Shown here piece by piece: positions 24,760 through 28,000 of a DNA stretch of 28,000 bases. The notes below the pieces were generated by a model. The model saw only the letters and a list, made by a program, of their open reading frames with translations, ran no database searches and was not told where the DNA came from. The stretch comes from a virus (taxonomy: Duplodnaviria; Caudoviricetes): positions 1-28,000 of the IMG/VR virus record IMGVR_UViG_3300012942_000116. One strand, given 5' to 3'. The stretch's first letter is position 1, and each line of letters begins with the position of its first letter. Both the position numbers and the translations under genes were made by a program.

Positions 24760-26982
24760 TTAACTTTCAATTGACGGCATACCGCTAAATTGATTAGGTT
24801 GCGTTCCTCCGCTATCCTGCGCCCCGCCAGGCGGCGGGCTCCCAGGGCCAGAGCCGTTACCAGCCATGCTAGCGGATTGCATGGCAGCCTGTTGCATTTG
24901 TTCTTGCTGCATTGCTTGTTGATGTGCATTAACGTGATCATCAAAAAGTTTTTTGGCTACAGGAGATAATGCATCAAAGGCTTGAGACTTGCGATAACGA
25001 TTGTGACGCTCAATGTGCATAGCATTATTGTCCCAATTATTTACAGGAACAATAAGAGGTGGTTGAAGAACAACTCCGTTGGCAACAATATTGCCTTGTT
25101 GGTCAATTTGAATTTCACCAGTTTGCAACGCTTGAGCAAAACCAGGCTGTTGGGCAAGTTGTTGCTTTTGAGCAAGATTCCATTGCTGAATTTGTTCATC
25201 AGTAACTTGAGCCATGCGCAAGTTTTCACGTTGTGCTTGACGAACGTCAATTTGAATTTGATCGTAAAGTTTTTCTGCCCCACCAATCTCAAGAAGTTCA
25301 AGGCCGCGCTGCGGATCAATAAACCCAAATTTCATTAAGTCCATAATGAATGCTTGCTTGGCGGCCTTAGAAACAGGCATTGCCGAGCCGGCCTCAGTAC
25401 GAACGTCAGTGTTATCCCTAAGGTCTGCACCTTGGAACATCTGAACGTCAAAGGTACCGTCTACACCAGTAATTTTAATCTGGTGGTCTACGTCCCAATA
25501 CTGCTTAACGTAGAACAGAGTCTGACGAGCAATTTTAGCAGTTGCTTCCTCGATAGAAGTGAAGGTATAAGTTAACTTACCCTCGTCTTGCTCCTGAAGA
25601 AAACTAATTGCTGTAGCCGCAGTAACTCCCGGCGGAGTTTGTCCCTTGGTAACTTCATGCTGGCCGGAAATATCGTTCATATCACTTTCGATACGATCGA
25701 GTTCTTGCAGCACGTAAGAAGGAATTCCTTGAAGAGGAATAGGAGTAGGTGCCTTGAAACCAGGACGATAGAAAATAATCTGTCCAGGTTCAGAAGTTAC
25801 CTTCGTATGATCGATAGAACCTAATTCCGCAGCAAGTTGCGGCTTAGACATTTTGTTCTTGGATTCAATAATTTGACCACGAGTACGGTTGAATTCTCGT
25901 TGTAAAGGAATTAAGTCAGTAATTACTGAATCCGCATAGAACTTACCAGTCTCAATATGACGAATGTGAGCAAAAGGGAATTCTCCGTGCTCGTAAGGTA
26001 ATTGAGGCCAGAAATTAATTAGTTGATCGCCAACAATGGTAACTAATCCACCACCAGGTAGCATTGAATTTACGCCAGGCTTAACCCAAGCTTCAACAAC
26101 AAGAGTCTGGTTCTTTTTGGACTGAACCGTATCCATCACAGAATTATAGGCTTCATCAATCTCGCCTAGTTTATCCGTGGTTTTGCGAATAGATTCAGCA
26201 GTTTGTTGCTGTGCTTGTTGGTACAAAGAAGCGATTTGTTCCTTATTTCTCATCGAGGCGTGGAGAACAAAAGGCTGACACTCAAGTTCAACTTCAGTTA
26301 AGTCAGGAACAAAAATGTGGAAAGGAGGAACTGTCTGATAATCAATGTCACCTTGGAGTTGATTTAATTGATCGACTTTCGCATCGTTCCAGAACGACTT
26401 GATAAAACCATTGCCAGTAGTTGAAGTCCAAAAGATTGCTCGACGAAAGATTGCATCTAACTTGTGAGAATCTTGGATAGAACTCCAAATTTGTTCAGCC
26501 GCCTGCGCAGCGAACAAGTCATCGTCATTAGATGAAGAAGGAACCACGTAAGTGTCTGGTCGTTGGCTAGAAAGTTTAGCCATTTCAGTTCGCATCAAGG
26601 GACGAACTTTATTGATAACCGGACGTGAGCGATAGTAAGGAGCAGGAGGCGTGACTAACTTGAAATGACTAGCAGCGCCTTTAGTTTCAATTGCTTGAAC
26701 GTTTTGCTTGCCAAAGTAGAAAGCAAGATTAAGGTACCACTGTTTTTCTGATTGCCAACGATCGCTCTTAGCTTTAGTGAAACTATTCTTCACCCAGTCA
26801 GTTAGACGTTGCTTATCCTTATCAGAAAGACTATCAGCCTGATTATTCGTAGCAACATTACTTACTGGAATCGGTAAGTTCAGTCCATCCTTCGACACCG
26901 AGTTCAGCAAATGTGTCAGCGAGCTCTTGATCGGCTGCTGTTCCATATTCATGCTGCTCATAATCTGGTTCACCAGTTCCAC
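24760..26982 (-). CDS. portal protein (podovirus / P22-like); start codon uncertain
   Basis: About 700 aa. INKVRP, G.GFIK..W, FPF, DLIPLQREFN, DMNDISGQHEV..G and TAATAI motifs, with a Q-rich C-terminus. Confidence 0.85.
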   Translation of the reverse strand: MELVNQIMSSMNMEQQPIKSSLTHLLNSVSKDGLNLPIPVSNVATNNQADSLSDKDKQRLTDWVKNSFTKAKSDRWQSEKQWYLNLAFYFGKQNVQAIETKGAASHFKLVTPPAPYYRSRPVINKVRPLMRTEMAKLSSQRPDTYVVPSSSNDDDLFAAQAAEQIWSSIQDSHKLDAIFRRAIFWTSTTGNGFIKSFWNDAKVDQLNQLQGDIDYQTVPPFHIFVPDLTEVELECQPFVLHASMRNKEQIASLYQQAQQQTAESIRKTTDKLGEIDEAYNSVMDTVQSKKNQTLVVEAWVKPGVNSMLPGGGLVTIVGDQLINFWPQLPYEHGEFPFAHIRHIETGKFYADSVITDLIPLQREFNRTRGQIIESKNKMSKPQLAAELGSIDHTKVTSEPGQIIFYRPGFKAPTPIPLQGIPSYVLQELDRIESDMNDISGQHEVTKGQTPPGVTAATAISFLQEQDEGKLTYTFTSIEEATAKIARQTLFYVKQYWDVDHQIKITGVDGTFDVQMFQGADLRDNTDVRTEAGSAMPVSKAAKQAFIMDLMKFGFIDPQRGLELLEIGGAEKLYDQIQIDVRQAQRENLRMAQVTDEQIQQWNLAQKQQLAQQPGFAQALQTGEIQIDQQGNIVANGVVLQPPLIVPVNNWDNNAMHIERHNRYRKSQAFDALSPVAKKLFDDHVNAHQQAMQQEQMQQAAMQSASMAGNGSGPGSPPPGGAQDSGGTQPNQFSGMPSIES

Positions 26983-27265
26983 TTAATCTGGATAATTCAG
27001 CCACGTCGTTACGTGGTAAATTTTCAGGAAATTCTAAATCTAAGTTGGCTAAACTTGCGTACGTTTTAAAATCAGAACTTTGAAGACGGTTCAGAAGGTC
27101 CTTCGACTTTTCCTGTTCCGCTTCCAGTAAGGTCAAGAGTTGATTGTAATTCTGTGTCATTAGGCTTTTCATCTGTCGATTCCACAGTAAGAACAGAAGA
27201 CAGATCGTCAGTAACAACAGGAGTACGGTGCTTAATAAGAAAATCGCTAAGTTGACGGATAGCAT
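26858..27265 (-). CDS. membrane-anchored coiled-coil protein
   Basis: N-terminal hydrophobic run of about 25 aa, then coiled coil and acidic tail. ATG is preceded by GAGGAAG. Confidence 0.6.
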   Translation of the reverse strand: MLSVNLAIFLLSTVLLLLLTICLLFLLWNRQMKSLMTQNYNQLLTLLEAEQEKSKDLLNRLQSSDFKTYASLANLDLEFPENLPRNDVAELSRLSGTGEPDYEQHEYGTAADQELADTFAELGVEGWTELTDSSK

Positions 27266-27578
27266 TTTCTTCTTCCTCAGTTAGTAAAAATGAATTTGCT
27301 TGAGACTCAAGTTCCTCGGCTACAGGAGTTTCGGCTACAGAAGGTTCCTCGATTAGTCCAACCGCGCGACCAACTGCTTTTGCACATTCGAAGCAAAGAT
27401 ATAGAGCACCTTCAAAATCTAAGGAAACTCCTAAATCAAGAGCAAGTTCCTTACCAGTAAAAGGGAATCCACAAGTGATACATTTATGAGGAAGAACAGT
27501 ATTCTGCACTAACACAAATAAGGCTACAGCCTGATTAGTGTTCTTGCGATTATTTTTTAGGGTGGCTTCTTTTGGCAT
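27072..27578 (-). CDS. zinc-finger-containing hypothetical protein
   Basis: CITC ... LYLCFEC, followed by an acidic low-complexity tail. Confidence 0.65.
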   Translation of the reverse strand: MPKEATLKNNRKNTNQAVALFVLVQNTVLPHKCITCGFPFTGKELALDLGVSLDFEGALYLCFECAKAVGRAVGLIEEPSVAETPVAEELESQANSFLLTEEEENAIRQLSDFLIKHRTPVVTDDLSSVLTVESTDEKPNDTELQSTLDLTGSGTGKVEGPSEPSSKF

Positions 27579-27584
27579 GACTAG

Positions 27585-27839
27585 TTACTTGGCTTTCTTG
27601 ACCTTCGTTGCAGTCTCAGCCTTGGCAGACGACGAAGCTTTCTTGGCTACAGAAACGTTCTTATTGGACTGAGTCTTATTTGACTTACTGGTCGACGTGC
27701 TAGTTTTAGCTGCTCCGCGCTTGTGAGGTTTAATTCCAGCGGCCTCTTCACGTGCAGCATGGAAGCCTGCAATTTGTGCAGCCTGAACGTCGTCTAAATT
27801 CGGAATGTGAGCGTTAGGATTCTCAACCTTTTTACGCAT
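27585..27839 (-). CDS. small basic Lys/Ala/Ser-rich (histone-like tail) protein
   Basis: 84 aa, C-terminal half K/A/S/T-rich, TAATG-coupled with GGAG RBS. Confidence 0.7.
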   Translation of the reverse strand: MRKKVENPNAHIPNLDDVQAAQIAGFHAAREEAAGIKPHKRGAAKTSTSTSKSNKTQSNKNVSVAKKASSSAKAETATKVKKAK

Positions 27840-28000
27840 TAGTATTCTCCAATGAACTCATCGAATGCCACGTTCTTCGATCGCGGCCTGCTTAAATTAG
27901 TGTCAAATTTTGTACTAATTGGTGCGGCAGACACTACTCGGGCACCGAGTTGAGCGTCGGCTTGCGCCTGCAATGACAGGATAGCCTGCTTCATTCGGGC
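27839..28000 (-). CDS. 3' end of upstream gene (possibly large terminase)
   Basis: Open frame from 28000: ARMKQAILSLQ...AFDEFIGEY, stop at 27839-27841. Terminase identity is inferred only from position before the portal cluster. Confidence 0.45.
   Translation of the reverse strand, partial: ARMKQAILSLQAQADAQLGARVVSAAPISTKFDTNLSRPRSKNVAFDEFIGEY

Larger units (their letters stand above)
722..27652. repeat. dispersed short motif GGCTACAG(R)(A) / (T)(Y)CTGTAGCC, about 47 exact 8-mers and about 61 7-mers
   Basis: Manual scan, both strands. Examples at 722, 1807, 1880, 2012, 2069, 3030, 3258, 3288, 3510, 3555, 4710, 4804, 5180, 7624, 7693, 8081, 9536, 9822, 10017, 10424, 11301, 11851, 12163, 12799, 13299, 13365, 13585, 14338, 15067, 15079, 15677, 15738, 16943, 17236, 19143, 19353, 21620, 22038, 22067, 23815, 24163, 24955, 25611, 27318, 27333, 27522, 27645. 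Confidence 0.92.

Noticed and set aside
722-27652. GGCTACAG repeats as a CRISPR array, REP/MITE family or IS ends
   Set aside because: The copies are only 7-11 nt, irregularly spaced and mostly in frame inside genes. There is no spacer periodicity, no conserved internal palindrome and no transposase in the window.

Overview
Internal 28-kb segment of a tailed dsDNA phage genome, roughly 40-45% GC by eye, with no integrase seen in the window. The + strand arm (1-8327) carries recombination and replication genes: a partial Cas4/PD-(D/E)XK-like nuclease, an AAA ATPase, an SSB-like protein, a primase-helicase, a family A DNA polymerase, a MazG-like protein and a RuvC-like resolvase. It also carries three tRNAs (Gln-UUG, Leu-UAA, Lys-UUU), two of them interleaved with structured hairpins. 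The convergent - strand arm carries portal, scaffold, major capsid, tail, adaptor and nozzle-like genes, several probable ejection proteins (one with an M15 peptidase domain), a lysis cassette and a WhiB-like regulator. This suggests a podovirus-like phage of an actinobacterial host. The most striking unexplained signal is a non-palindromic motif, GGCTACAG(R)(A). By manual count there are about 47 exact 8-mers and about 61 GCTACAG 7-mers over both strands, against under 1 expected for the 8-mer. It sits inside genes in five reading registers and forms the stems of three intergenic hairpins. All functional calls are from motif recognition and gene order, not database searches.
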